Source: Escherichia phage A5-4. Taken from it: a stretch of 64,000 nucleotides of DNA. Positions 9,631 to 18,105 of the stretch are shown here, piece by piece (positions within the stretch are counted from its first letter, which is position 1; the number at the start of each line of letters is the position of its first letter). The position numbers were made by a program, and so were the translations under genes. The stretch lies in the sequence record OP744025. One strand, given 5' to 3'. The notes below the pieces were generated by a model. That model ran no database searches. It saw only the letters and a list, made by a program, of their open reading frames with translations, and was not told the DNA's origin.

Positions 9631-10449
9631 ATGGCCTACCGTAAATTTGACCCACTGATCATTTATGAAGTTGTCCCAATGAGCGTCACCAATCCTCATG
9701 GTTTGCAATCACCTACTCCACTTGACCATAAGACAATGATCAGGAATGCAGAGTACACCTTAAGAGATCTTGAGAACGAAGAGATTGAAAGTGCTGTGCA
9801 TGGATTGAAAGACCTGATCCGTGAACTTGATACGGATGATTCTGTTCAAGAATATATTGAAAAGTCAGAGGCGCTAATCACGAAGTTTCATGAGTACCGC
9901 ACTAAGGTATCGCGTATTCTTGATGAAGCTTTTGATCCTTCATCAAAAGACCCGATAAATGATGACAAGGCAATAGCCTTACTCAGCCAAATAGCTGACG
10001 CTACTGACAGCATGGACCCTGGTTTTGTAAGGGCTGATCATACCTGTGTAGATCAGTTTCCTTTAGCCTATCTTAAATCCAAAAAAGCATTCGGTAGTCT
10101 GGCTTTTGTCTGGGAGTATGAGAAAGATTCCCTTACTCGTTACATCAATCGGGTAGGTAAGAAAGATACTTCAGTTACGTTAAATATCTTTTGTGATGGT
10201 TCCTTGATGGTCCATAACAACTGGACAAAAGAGAGCATCCTCTTTGGTAAAGAAAGAGATCAGAAATTTAAACTGGTAAACTATATCCGTTTCGCAACAG
10301 AGGATAGTAAAATGGGTAAGTCATTTAAAGAGGAGGACTTTAAAACTTTCTTTGAGGATTGGCTTTCCCCAACAGAAGAAGAGATCCAACTCTTCAAGGC
10401 TGTAAATGGGGATGTTTCGTTCGACCTCTACACACTTTTTAATGAGTGA
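9631..10449 (+). CDS. hypothetical protein
   Basis: 272 aa; AGGAG RBS; last gene of rightward unit before repeat region. Confidence 0.6.
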   Translation: MAYRKFDPLIIYEVVPMSVTNPHGLQSPTPLDHKTMIRNAEYTLRDLENEEIESAVHGLKDLIRELDTDDSVQEYIEKSEALITKFHEYRTKVSRILDEAFDPSSKDPINDDKAIALLSQIADATDSMDPGFVRADHTCVDQFPLAYLKSKKAFGSLAFVWEYEKDSLTRYINRVGKKDTSVTLNIFCDGSLMVHNNWTKESILFGKERDQKFKLVNYIRFATEDSKMGKSFKEEDFKTFFEDWLSPTEEEIQLFKAVNGDVSFDLYTLFNE

Positions 10450-10469
10450 TATTTGTTCGCTGAAACAAA

Positions 10470-10566
10470 TTCAGATTTCAGATCCAAAATCTATTTGAGA
10501 TATTTCCCTGTGATATTTGTTTCATGGGGAATTTTCAGATTTCAATTTGAAATTCTATTTGAGATA
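10470..10566. repeat. imperfect 33-bp direct repeat x2 (TTCAGATTTCA-N9-TCTATTTGAGATA)
   Basis: copies at 10470-10502 and 10534-10566, 64-bp period. Confidence 0.6.
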
Positions 10567-10748
10567 AATTTAAGACTCCTGCCACCGTGCCCCATCCATA
10601 CTGTGTCATTCCTGCATACCTGCACCACTAGATCAACTTAGTTGATGCCCCTCTTACAGACTCACCCTCCAGATTCAATACGTTACTGCTCCACTATACA
10701 TACGATACAAAGCAAACATACGACACTCATGACCAGAATAATTTGAGA

Positions 10749-10912
10749 ACTTGAGAGGTTTTTCATTTTTGAGATCGTAACCTGAAAACTGTGCACGAGA
10801 ACTTGAGAGGTTTTTCGATACAGGGATTAGGAACTTGATAGCTTTTTCATTTTTGAGTTTGCATTTGAACTTGAGAACTTGAGCTACAGGCCAGATACTT
10901 GAGAGGTTTTTC
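10749..10912. repeat. iteron-like 16-bp direct repeats ACTTGAGAGGTTTTTC
   Basis: copies at 10749, 10801, 10897 plus variant ACTTGATAGCTTTTTC at 10834 and partial ACTTGAGA copies at 10868-10883. Confidence 0.7.
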
Positions 10913-11269
10913 AAATTTCAGTTTCATTTCAAAATTGAAAAATTTTTCATAAGCATAAAAGTATAGAGGTTGTCAAGGTCTTTGATAAGAAATTTTTCAG
11001 GGGGTGAGAATTATTCTCATTTGCAAAATAGCGGGCAGGGGTGGTGATTGCCTCGTGAAACCGTCCTCATCACCGTGAATATATAATAGCACCGTTTTTG
11101 ATTCGAAAGCAACAACATTTTAAAAATATTTTTCGGTAAATTTTAGGCGAGCTACCAGCGATTATAGCTATCGATGCCCTTCGGCTATCATCACCCAAGT
11201 TTAACGCCGTTGGTAGGCGATTGTTTTCCTATGTAGGCATTATGGCCCCTGGCGGGGCCGTTGTCAACA

Positions 11270-11551
11270 TTATTTTTTATCTTCTTGCCAGGTAAGAACG
11301 CCTAACCAAAAATACACGTCGCCCTTAGCGTTCGGCGGTATCTTGCTTTCTTTCCCGCCAGCACACGCCCAAAGGTAACCATCGGTAAACGTATCAAGGT
11401 AGTCCATATCTTCCACCTTTCGATCCGCCAGGTTAAGGATAGTATTAACGTCTAAGCCTGTTGCGCTTGCTACCTGGTAGACCGTGCCACCTTGCCAGCC
11501 TAACGAGTGCATAAGATGCAAAGTAGTAGTAGTAGTGGTGATGGTAGTCAT
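11270..11551 (-). CDS. hypothetical protein (orphan leftward ORF)
   Basis: 93 aa, Thr-run at N-terminus; isolated between repeat region and small-gene array; weak support. Confidence 0.3.
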   Translation of the reverse strand: MTTITTTTTTLHLMHSLGWQGGTVYQVASATGLDVNTILNLADRKVEDMDYLDTFTDGYLWACAGGKESKIPPNAKGDVYFWLGVLTWQEDKK

Positions 11552-11662
11552 AGTATCGCCCTTTCTTCTGTTGTGCGCCCTGGTTGGCGCGGTAAAAAGA
11601 CTATAAATGATCTTCCTTTATATGGCAAGGAAAAAGAAAATTAAAAAAGATTGAAAATAATG

Positions 11663-11691
11663 TTGACGTGGTGAATCTGGTAGCGTAGTAT
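11663..11691 (+). promoter_or_regulatory. sigma70-like early promoter (first of array)
   Basis: TTGACG, 17 nt, TAGTAT. Confidence 0.5.
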
Positions 11692-11748
11692 TCATCTCAT
11701 CGAACGGCGACATGCCAACAAGTAAACAAATAAAAGGGCAACAACAAA

Positions 11749-11934
11749 ATGAATAAAAGAATTACAAACGTAAATCCTGGCGAACGTTTCCAACATGAGG
11801 GGCATTTGCACACTGTAGTAAGCAACAAAGAGCATACTGTAAGAGTAAATAGAAATATCTTGCAACTTCGCGATCGTTTTGGTATCGTACAGACTTACAC
11901 TTTCGAAGCAAATAAAACAGTTAAAACTTTCTGA
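11749..11934 (+). CDS. hypothetical small early protein
   Basis: promoter approx 11663-11691 upstream; ORF track. Confidence 0.5.
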   Translation: MNKRITNVNPGERFQHEGHLHTVVSNKEHTVRVNRNILQLRDRFGIVQTYTFEANKTVKTF

Positions 11935-11945
11935 GGATTTTTAAA

Positions 11946-12281
11946 ATGGCACTAGTCACTAAGTATTTCATTGAAGGCCAGCAAGCGGCGCAACAAGGTT
12001 ACAGCCGTGTTACTCGTTACAAGAAAGAAGAAAACAAGATTGAATTTTTCAAGGGTTACGATAGTGTAAACCGTGATGCAATGGTCCTACGCTTCGAATC
12101 CGATCCAGTGGGCAAGCCTGTTACCTCTTACCAGGCATCACCGCAGATTGTTTATGTTGGTACTGTTAAAGAATGTAACGACAAGTTAATCACTTTGAAG
12201 CAGGCCGATCGTGCGGGTTACTTTGTTGTTTACACTGCTGACGGTAAGCCTTACCAGTACGAAAGCAAATATTTTAAATAA
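11946..12281 (+). CDS. hypothetical small early protein
   Basis: ORF track; GAGGA RBS. Confidence 0.55.
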   Translation: MALVTKYFIEGQQAAQQGYSRVTRYKKEENKIEFFKGYDSVNRDAMVLRFESDPVGKPVTSYQASPQIVYVGTVKECNDKLITLKQADRAGYFVVYTADGKPYQYESKYFK

Positions 12282-12287
12282 AAAGTA

Positions 12288-12344
12288 TTGACAGAAAGAA
12301 AGAAGTAAATTAAATTATACCACGTAACGCCGCAATCGTGCGGC
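12288..12344 (+). promoter_or_regulatory. promoter + 5' stem-loop cassette
   Basis: TTGACA ... TAAATT then hairpin GCCGCA-ATCG-TGCGGC. Confidence 0.5.
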
Positions 12345-12371
12345 AATAAAAACTGATAGGAATTGAACAAA

Positions 12372-12584
12372 ATGGCTAAAATCATCATTAAAAAATCCCG
12401 TGTATCTTCTGTTGCTCGCGTCGAAATGGTAAACACTATGCCAGGTTACCGGACTCGCGAGGAAGCCCGAAGCGTTGCAAAACAGATTAAAGCCCGTGGC
12501 TTAACTGTAAGTGCACCGACCAAAACACAAGAAGGATGGAAGGTATCTATTAAATCCGGTACACTGTCAATCAATAAACACTAA
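12372..12584 (+). CDS. hypothetical small early protein
   Basis: track ORF begins at TTG 12363; ATG 12372 preferred; promoter+hairpin cassette upstream. Confidence 0.5.
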   Translation: MAKIIIKKSRVSSVARVEMVNTMPGYRTREEARSVAKQIKARGLTVSAPTKTQEGWKVSIKSGTLSINKH

Positions 12585-12646
12585 TAGCCAAAACATTAAC
12601 GGGGCAACTTTGCCCTCATTAAATAACATTATCCAGGAGTATTAAC

Positions 12647-12805
12647 ATGACTAGCCAAAACACTAACATTGAAAAAATCAACATTACTAAAGAGCGTAAA
12701 GCATGGAATGAAACATTAAATCTCAAAGGTAAGAAGCTGAATAAAACTAAACGCGATCGCAGTACAAAGCGGGCCTTTTGTGAATTTACAGCGGATCAAG
12801 AGTGA
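12647..12805 (+). CDS. small hypothetical protein (52 aa)
   Basis: not in track; hairpin GGGCAACTTTGCCC and GGAG upstream. Confidence 0.35.
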   Translation: MTSQNTNIEKINITKERKAWNETLNLKGKKLNKTKRDRSTKRAFCEFTADQE

Positions 12806-13101
12806 TGATTAAAGTTATTGCACTTACTGCTTTATTGTGTATACCATTTTTGGCGCACGGTACTAAGTTTTACGGTGCTAACTTGATAGATTGTAAAGCT
12901 CATATGCTGGACCATGAAACAGGCAACAAATTTCTTAAGCCTTTCCAGATCAATCCGGCGGCATTTAGTGACGGTGTTTTGTATCAGGAAGGTAAAGCCA
13001 GTACGCTGATAATGCATTACGATCCGGCAACAAAGAAAGGTAGTCTATCAATCCAGGTTGGAGAGGTGGAAGAGTTTTCCGGTGAAATAGTCTGTAATTA
13101 A
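12805..13101 (+). CDS. secreted/periplasmic small protein
   Basis: N-terminal signal peptide MIKVIALTALLCIPFLAHG; track ORF starts at GTG 12802. Confidence 0.5.
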   Translation: MIKVIALTALLCIPFLAHGTKFYGANLIDCKAHMLDHETGNKFLKPFQINPAAFSDGVLYQEGKASTLIMHYDPATKKGSLSIQVGEVEEFSGEIVCN

Positions 13102-13163
13102 TATCTTGAGGCCCGTCATTGTACGGGCCTTTTTCTTTTATGAAAATAATTTTGAAAATGTTG

Positions 13164-13231
13164 TTGACAGTAAAATCGATTCTGTTAAGATGTATCACAT
13201 CAGGACGGGGAACGAAGTAAACACTCCCCGT
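13164..13231 (+). promoter_or_regulatory. promoter + 5' stem-loop cassette without downstream ORF
   Basis: TTGACA, 16 nt, TAAGAT, GTATCACAT, hairpin ACGGGGA-13nt-TCCCCGT; next promoter starts about 60 nt later. Confidence 0.5.
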
Positions 13232-13289
13232 TAAGTAGTCCAGGAGTAAGACATACGAAAAACTCCCCTGATAAAAAGATTTAAAAGTG

Positions 13290-13346
13290 GTTGACACAAA
13301 ATTAAAAACTGTTAAGATGTATCACATACGGCGGCAATAGTGCCGC
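13290..13346 (+). promoter_or_regulatory. promoter + 5' stem-loop cassette
   Basis: TTGACA, 16 nt, TAAGAT, GTATCACAT, hairpin GGCGGCA-ATAG-TGCCGCC. Confidence 0.6.
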
Positions 13347-13367
13347 CTCCAACAAAGAGAAATTATC

Positions 13368-13619
13368 ATGGCTAACAAAACTAAAACCACTAAAACTTAT
13401 AACGGTCACAAAAACAAAAATCATTGGAACGTTTCTCTATGGCTTAACAATGATTCATCACTTTACCAGCTGGCGAAAGAATTTATTAACGCTAACACTA
13501 ATCGTAATGATGCGGCGCGGGATATGATGATTTTTCTGGAACAAACTGGACAATATAAAACTCCAGACGGTTTCAAGTACAGCACTACGGCGATCCGTGC
13601 TGCAATGGTTGGAATGTAA
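13368..13619 (+). CDS. hypothetical small early protein, paralog family A
   Basis: paralog of 15186-15425 (shared HWNVSLW and C-terminal TPDGFKYSTTAIRAAMVGM); cassette upstream. Confidence 0.6.
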   Translation: MANKTKTTKTYNGHKNKNHWNVSLWLNNDSSLYQLAKEFINANTNRNDAARDMMIFLEQTGQYKTPDGFKYSTTAIRAAMVGM

Positions 13620-13675
13620 TATTCAATACTGTAACAATGGCGGGATTAGTTCCCGCCTTTGCGGAGAAATATCTA

Positions 13676-13963
13676 ATGAGCAAAGTAATTGACTGTAAAG
13701 TGTTAACCAAATCATTGTCAATCAGTGAGTGCACCAATGGTTATTGGCTTTATGATGAAACACGCGGCATGAATCTGGCTATGGAAGCTAAAACGGCTGA
13801 GGCGGCGTATGTGCAAGCCCTGGAATACTACCAGAGACGTTTAAAGGAAGTAGAAAACAATTATCAGAATCTCAAAGAGAAAGTAGATCATTTCGTTGGT
13901 CAATTCGTTGACGATGACGAGGAAGACGGGCACTACTGCAACCGCTGCGGATCTTACAGTTAA
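13676..13963 (+). CDS. hypothetical small early protein
   Basis: track ORF starts at 13637 inside hairpin; ATG 13676 after GGAG preferred. Confidence 0.5.
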   Translation: MSKVIDCKVLTKSLSISECTNGYWLYDETRGMNLAMEAKTAEAAYVQALEYYQRRLKEVENNYQNLKEKVDHFVGQFVDDDEEDGHYCNRCGSYS

Positions 13964-13967
13964 GTAC

Positions 13968-14026
13968 TTGCAATTAGTTTTAAGTACTGTATAATGTTTT
14001 ACATCGAGAGCGGGAATAGTTCCCGC
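13968..14026 (+). promoter_or_regulatory. promoter + 5' stem-loop cassette
   Basis: TTGCAA, 16 nt, TATAAT, hairpin GCGGGAA-TAG-TTCCCGC. Confidence 0.6.
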
Positions 14027-14049
14027 CTCACATCAAAGAGATTAAAATT

Positions 14050-14277
14050 ATGGCTATCCTTATTGTTCGTGTATCCGGTACAGTTGGTAACTCCCAGGTT
14101 GTAGCAGTTGTAACAAGCAAAAAGATTAATGAATCTTCTAAAATCTTGAACGAATGGGCCGTTGCTAACTTTGGTCAATGGTCGAGCGTCGAGTATCTCG
14201 AATCTTACCAGGTGCCAACTATTAGCCTAACCGATCTCAATGTTGATCGCCTGTTATGCCTGGATGAATTGATTTAA
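14050..14277 (+). CDS. hypothetical small early protein
   Basis: cassette 13968-14026 upstream; ORF track. Confidence 0.55.
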   Translation: MAILIVRVSGTVGNSQVVAVVTSKKINESSKILNEWAVANFGQWSSVEYLESYQVPTISLTDLNVDRLLCLDELI

Positions 14278-14284
14278 AAAGTAG

Positions 14285-14344
14285 TTGCAAAGTAAAACGA
14301 ATAAAGTATAATACATTACATCAGGGGGAGAAATGATTCTCCCC
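14285..14344 (+). promoter_or_regulatory. promoter + 5' stem-loop cassette
   Basis: TTGCAA, 16 nt, TATAAT, hairpin GGGGAGAA-ATGA-TTCTCCCC. Confidence 0.6.
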
Positions 14345-14361
14345 ACTAAAAGGAAACTAAA

Positions 14362-14505
14362 ATGAAAACTTGTCAGTGTGGTAAAAAGTCTATTGCTGGT
14401 CTGCGTCGCGGTGTTGCTTTATGCCAGTATCATTACAATAGTCAAGTATGGGGTAAAACGTGGGCTGACCAGGTTGAAGCAGCAAAGAAAGCAAAAAGTA
14501 ATTGA
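14362..14505 (+). CDS. small Cys-rich protein (47 aa)
   Basis: CQCGKK-x12-CQYHY; cassette upstream; not in track. Confidence 0.4.
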   Translation: MKTCQCGKKSIAGLRRGVALCQYHYNSQVWGKTWADQVEAAKKAKSN

Positions 14506-14558
14506 CAGCAAGAAGAAAAAGAGTAAACTGTATTACGTAGGGCGGCAATAGCGCCGCC
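14502..14558 (+). promoter_or_regulatory. promoter + 5' stem-loop cassette
   Basis: TTGACA overlapping stop codon of previous ORF; hairpin GGCGGC-AATAGC-GCCGCC. Confidence 0.5.
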
Positions 14559-14582
14559 ACATCAAAGATAGAGAGAATCAAA

Positions 14583-14801
14583 ATGGCCAATATCCGCACT
14601 GTACTGAAAAATGCAAAACAAGTTTTATTTTCTGACGATGAATATTTTAATCGCAATATCAAAGGCGTTCGGAACATTGAGGATGTAAAGGAATTATTTG
14701 GAATCAAAGGTAACGTATATCGTAAAGGATTGCACGGTAATAATTTTGAATATAAGTTGGCTGATAGTGATTATAATTTTACACTGACCACCATTAGTTG
14801 A
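14583..14801 (+). CDS. hypothetical small early protein
   Basis: cassette 14502-14558 upstream. Confidence 0.55.
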   Translation: MANIRTVLKNAKQVLFSDDEYFNRNIKGVRNIEDVKELFGIKGNVYRKGLHGNNFEYKLADSDYNFTLTTIS

Positions 14802-14820
14802 AAGTTTTAATCTAGCGCTA

Positions 14821-14849
14821 TTGACTTAAGCCGATAGTGCTGGCATAAT
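14821..14849 (+). promoter_or_regulatory. sigma70-like early promoter
   Basis: TTGACT, 17 nt, CATAAT; near-duplicate of 15114-15142. Confidence 0.55.
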
Positions 14850-14881
14850 AACTTTTATCAAGAACATCAAAGGAAAGTAAA

Positions 14882-15094
14882 ATGGCTATCATTACTAAAA
14901 TCAAAGTAAACAAAACACTGGTTAAGCTGGAAGAAGTGAAAGCAGGTTATAAAGTATCTTGGTGTGGCATGTATCGGATGTTCACAGATATAGACGATGC
15001 AATCAATTACTACACTAACACGATTAAAAACTTTGTTCGTGCTGATGTGATTATTGCAGTGGAAGCACATAAAGCATCGAAAGAAAGTAAGTAA
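14882..15094 (+). CDS. hypothetical small early protein
   Basis: promoter 14821-14849 upstream; AAGGAAAG RBS. Confidence 0.55.
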   Translation: MAIITKIKVNKTLVKLEEVKAGYKVSWCGMYRMFTDIDDAINYYTNTIKNFVRADVIIAVEAHKASKESK

Positions 15095-15113
15095 AATTAT
15101 TACCACAGTACTA

Positions 15114-15142
15114 TTGACAACTGCTGATAGTACTGACATAAT
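15114..15142 (+). promoter_or_regulatory. sigma70-like early promoter
   Basis: TTGACA, 17 nt, CATAAT, then AACTTTTATCAAG as in 14821 copy. Confidence 0.55.
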
Positions 15143-15185
15143 AACTTTTATCAAGTAGTACAAATCAAAAAGAGAGAATATCATC

Positions 15186-15425
15186 ATGGCTAAATCTAAA
15201 ACTTTCAACGATCACAAAAACAAAACTCATTGGAATGTTTCCTTGTGGATTAATAATGGTGAAGCACTGTATCGGCTTGCTCAAAATTGCATTGCACAAA
15301 GTAAAACTAAAGATATTGCTGCGGAATGTATGTACCGCAGATTAAAAGCGAACGGCACTACAACAACGCCGGACGGATTTAAGTATAGCACCACTGCGAT
15401 CCGTGCCGCGATGGTTGGAATGTAA
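15186..15425 (+). CDS. hypothetical small early protein, paralog family A
   Basis: paralog of 13368-13619; promoter 15114-15142. Confidence 0.6.
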   Translation: MAKSKTFNDHKNKTHWNVSLWINNGEALYRLAQNCIAQSKTKDIAAECMYRRLKANGTTTTPDGFKYSTTAIRAAMVGM

Positions 15426-15444
15426 AAAGAAAAAGTAAAAGTAG

Positions 15445-15501
15445 TTGACACAAAGAAACAAAACAAGTAAATTAATCACATCAGGCGGGGAATGGCCCCG
15501 C
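15445..15501 (+). promoter_or_regulatory. promoter + 5' stem-loop cassette
   Basis: TTGACA, 17 nt, TAAATT, AATCACATCAGG, hairpin GCGGGG-AATGG-CCCCGC; near-identical to 17565-17621. Confidence 0.6.
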
Positions 15502-15523
15502 TAAAAGAGAAGAGAGAAATCAA

Positions 15524-15856
15524 ATGAGCTTTTTATCTATCGTGCAGACTAACTTTGAAAATGATTTTATTGCTCAAGCTATCAACATTGACAAAGGTAT
15601 CCCAAATATCAATTTTGGTTTTAATAGTGGTGGTTATGAGAGATACCAGTATTTTGTAACTGACGATGGAAGTGTTTTAGGTATCAATACGGTGATGGCT
15701 AATATCCAAAACATTAATTTCAATGATCCCGATGAGCGCTCATTCTATATCGTCGGTGTCCAGGTGAACTACAATGATGACTCTTTAATCGATGATTACA
15801 CTGGCGAGACGTTAGAGAGTGCTTACGGTGACGAATCAGAAGAAGAAGAAGAATAA
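15524..15856 (+). CDS. hypothetical small early protein with acidic C-terminus
   Basis: ends DESEEEEE; cassette 15445-15501 upstream. Confidence 0.55.
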   Translation: MSFLSIVQTNFENDFIAQAINIDKGIPNINFGFNSGGYERYQYFVTDDGSVLGINTVMANIQNINFNDPDERSFYIVGVQVNYNDDSLIDDYTGETLESAYGDESEEEEE

Positions 15857-15870
15857 GATTAAAAAAGTAG

Positions 15871-15930
15871 TTGACTGAAAGACTACAAAGAAGTAAGATA
15901 ATTAACGAATAGGGGGAAACATCTTCCCCC
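15871..15930 (+). promoter_or_regulatory. promoter + 5' stem-loop cassette
   Basis: TTGACT, 17 nt, TAAGAT, hairpin GGGGGAA-ACATC-TTCCCCC. Confidence 0.6.
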
Positions 15931-15956
15931 ATAAACAAAAGAAAGAGAGATTAAAA

Positions 15957-16139
15957 ATGACAGAACTGATTGCAACTACAAAGATCGAAGGCGTTAACGA
16001 TGTTACTTTGTCCTATGATCCTTCTACTCTGGTTTATGTTGTGAAATATGGCAGAATGATCGCAGAACTTGATTGCATTGATGAGGCTTTCGAAAAATAT
16101 TTCGAACTTATCAATATTGCTTATGATGACTACCGTTAA
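15957..16139 (+). CDS. hypothetical small early protein
   Basis: cassette 15871-15930 upstream. Confidence 0.55.
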   Translation: MTELIATTKIEGVNDVTLSYDPSTLVYVVKYGRMIAELDCIDEAFEKYFELINIAYDDYR

Positions 16140-16169
16140 TATACAACGCAAAAATAGAAAGGTGATAAA

Positions 16170-16379
16170 ATGATCAATGAAAAAACAATCAATGACGTTC
16201 GAGAGGAAGTTTTAGCCGTTGCCGTAGAATCTGGCGCACGTCAGGCATTTTGGAAAGCTACTGATCTTTACCCTGAGCAAGCCGAAAATATTCTCAATCA
16301 GGTCAGCGTTAAACTTGAACAAATGGGAAAACTGAAAACAAGTGAGCGCCTCGACCAAATCATTAAAGAAAGTTTTTGA
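16170..16379 (+). CDS. hypothetical small early protein
   Basis: ORF track; AAAGGTGA RBS. Confidence 0.55.
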   Translation: MINEKTINDVREEVLAVAVESGARQAFWKATDLYPEQAENILNQVSVKLEQMGKLKTSERLDQIIKESF

Positions 16380-16416
16380 TTGACTTTTAACATTGCCCCT
16401 ATTAGTATTCAGGGGC
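16380..16416 (+). promoter_or_regulatory. promoter with hairpin overlapping -10
   Basis: TTGACT, 17 nt, TAGTAT inside GCCCCT...AGGGGC inverted repeat. Confidence 0.5.
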
Positions 16417-16443
16417 AAGATTAAAAGAAACAAGGACACGAAG

Positions 16444-16755
16444 ATGAATGATATTGTTAGCATCATAGGTTTACTCGGCATAGGTTACATCGCCACATCA
16501 ATTACAATGAGTTACTTCAATAAAAGGCGTGATAAAATGTTTTGTTACTTTGAGTATCGTTACCGTGGTAAGGTTGGATCATCCCGTGACTATGGTCCGA
16601 TGTTAGAGATTGATGCGGTTGGCGCTATGCAGTATCGCCAGTCACTAGGGGCTGAAATAATTTTTGAAGTGTACCGCAGTACAGAAGAAGAGATCCACGA
16701 CATTATTGATGAGCGTCAATATTATCACGAACAACAAACTAAACGCAGGGCTTAA
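16444..16755 (+). CDS. hypothetical small early protein with N-terminal TM helix
   Basis: track ORF starts 16393 inside promoter; ATG 16444 preferred. Confidence 0.5.
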   Translation: MNDIVSIIGLLGIGYIATSITMSYFNKRRDKMFCYFEYRYRGKVGSSRDYGPMLEIDAVGAMQYRQSLGAEIIFEVYRSTEEEIHDIIDERQYYHEQQTKRRA

Positions 16756-16758
16756 GAT

Positions 16759-16896
16759 ATGACTAATACAAACCGACAAAAAATCATCAAAACTAAAAAG
16801 CTTGATTTCAATACTTATCAAGAATGCAAGAAGAAAGTAAAAGATAAGCGAGAGAACAAGCGGCATGAATGGATCACTAATACAATCGATCTTTAA
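16759..16896 (+). CDS. small basic protein (45 aa)
   Basis: not in track; followed by terminator 16904-16930. Confidence 0.35.
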   Translation: MTNTNRQKIIKTKKLDFNTYQECKKKVKDKRENKRHEWITNTIDL

Positions 16897-16903
16897 CAAT
16901 CAA

Positions 16904-16930
16904 GGCCCGCTATGATGTGGGCCTTTCTTT
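16904..16930 (+). terminator. rho-independent terminator
   Basis: GGCCC-GCTATGATGT-GGGCC followed by TTTCTTT. Confidence 0.6.
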
Positions 16931-16943
16931 ATGGAGAACAGAC

Positions 16944-17171
16944 ATGATTAATATTCTTTCACTTACAGAAGTGATCCGCTTCCTCAAAAACAACGCCCTG
17001 GGAACGTCTATAGCGTATCTAATCCCTCAAGGTAAAGATTATGCCAGCGTTACACGTTCAATCACTGCTACGGCCTCCAGAGAAGAAATAAAGGTCAGTG
17101 TAAGCCAATTGCTCATCGTTGATCCTTCCTCCTGTGAAACAACCCAGGCTGTAAAGATAATTAGAAAATAA
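16944..17171 (+). CDS. hypothetical small early protein
   Basis: track ORF starts inside terminator; ATG 16944 after GGAG preferred. Confidence 0.5.
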   Translation: MINILSLTEVIRFLKNNALGTSIAYLIPQGKDYASVTRSITATASREEIKVSVSQLLIVDPSSCETTQAVKIIRK

Positions 17172-17256
17172 TTTAAAAAACTTCTTGCATCCATTATCGA
17201 GAAGATGTACATTAGTTTCATCAAGACGAGATGAAGATAACCCAAAGGTGATTACT

Positions 17257-17550
17257 ATGTTATACGAAGTTTTTGCAGGTTTCTGTTTTTATGGTGCTGC
17301 CGCCGTTCGCCAGTGTGATGACTATGTAGTTGAGTCATTCGATGATCCTTTGGCGTGTGAGATTGTTACTACAACTTATGAGCAAGATCGCCGTTGGATT
17401 AATCCGGCCTGTATTGCATCGCCTGAGGTTGAAGCTATGCCGGAAGGTGAGGAATTGACAGAAGAAGACTTGCAAGAAGTAAAAGAAGTTATGAGTTACA
17501 TGATTGATAATCTGGACGCTGAAAACTTGCAACGTGCCTTACAAAAATAA
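17257..17550 (+). CDS. hypothetical small early protein
   Basis: track start 17185; ATG 17257 after AAAGGTGA preferred. Confidence 0.5.
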   Translation: MLYEVFAGFCFYGAAAVRQCDDYVVESFDDPLACEIVTTTYEQDRRWINPACIASPEVEAMPEGEELTEEDLQEVKEVMSYMIDNLDAENLQRALQK

Positions 17551-17564
17551 TTTTAAAAAAGTAG

Positions 17565-17621
17565 TTGACTCGAAGAAACAAAACAAGTAAATTAATCACA
17601 TGAGGCGGGGAATGGCCCCGC
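17565..17621 (+). promoter_or_regulatory. promoter + 5' stem-loop cassette
   Basis: duplicate of 15445-15501 cassette. Confidence 0.6.
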
Positions 17622-17637
17622 TGAACAAAAAGAGATT

Positions 17638-18018
17638 ATGAAAATGGCTAAAAATACTAACGTTTGTGATTACGCTGATCTGGTTACTCTGAATGCAGAT
17701 TCTAAAATCAACCTGTCAAACGTGGAAGCGGTGCACGTCCTGGCCCGCCGCTGGTTCCAAAAGTTATATGGTAATACTTATTTCTCTTTAAGTGTGGATG
17801 TGGAGATCGCTGGTAAATTGGTAGAAGTAGTTAACGTCCCGTTTAAATATGGTTATGGTGATCATTTCGATACCGTGGCACTGGAAGAATTTAGCAAGGT
17901 TATCAACATGGAAGGAAAAGAGTTTTCAGAGTATAGTTACCTTTCCCGTTTTTGCCGTGACAATAACATCCCTGTTTATTCGAACGCTGTTGATGTTAAA
18001 CGCAAAAAAGATATGTAA
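17638..18018 (+). CDS. hypothetical small early protein
   Basis: cassette 17565-17621 upstream. Confidence 0.55.
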   Translation: MKMAKNTNVCDYADLVTLNADSKINLSNVEAVHVLARRWFQKLYGNTYFSLSVDVEIAGKLVEVVNVPFKYGYGDHFDTVALEEFSKVINMEGKEFSEYSYLSRFCRDNNIPVYSNAVDVKRKKDM

Positions 18019-18024
18019 TTATTA

Positions 18025-18084
18025 TTGACAGTACATAGAAAACAAGTAAACTGTATTACATAGAAAGCGGGAACACTTCCCGCT
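18025..18084 (+). promoter_or_regulatory. promoter + 5' stem-loop cassette
   Basis: TTGACA ... TAAACT, hairpin AGCGGGAA-CAC-TTCCCGCT. Confidence 0.5.
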
Positions 18085-18105
18085 TATATTTCAGGAATAA
18101 GAGAA

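Noticed and set aside
10749-10912. Possible CRISPR array from ACTTGAGAGGTTTTTC repeats
   Set aside because: Repeats are short (16 bp), irregularly spaced, imperfect and partly nested; no regular repeat-spacer periodicity
10453-10914. Track ORFs 10453-10641 (+) and 10675-10914 (-) in the repeat island
   Set aside because: Reading frames are generated by the direct repeats; no RBS or promoter context
13637-13675. Track start of ORF 13637-13963 (MAGLVPAFAEKYL...)
   Set aside because: First 13 codons are the GGCGGGATTAGTTCCCGCC hairpin itself; downstream ATG 13676 has a GGAG RBS, so the start was moved
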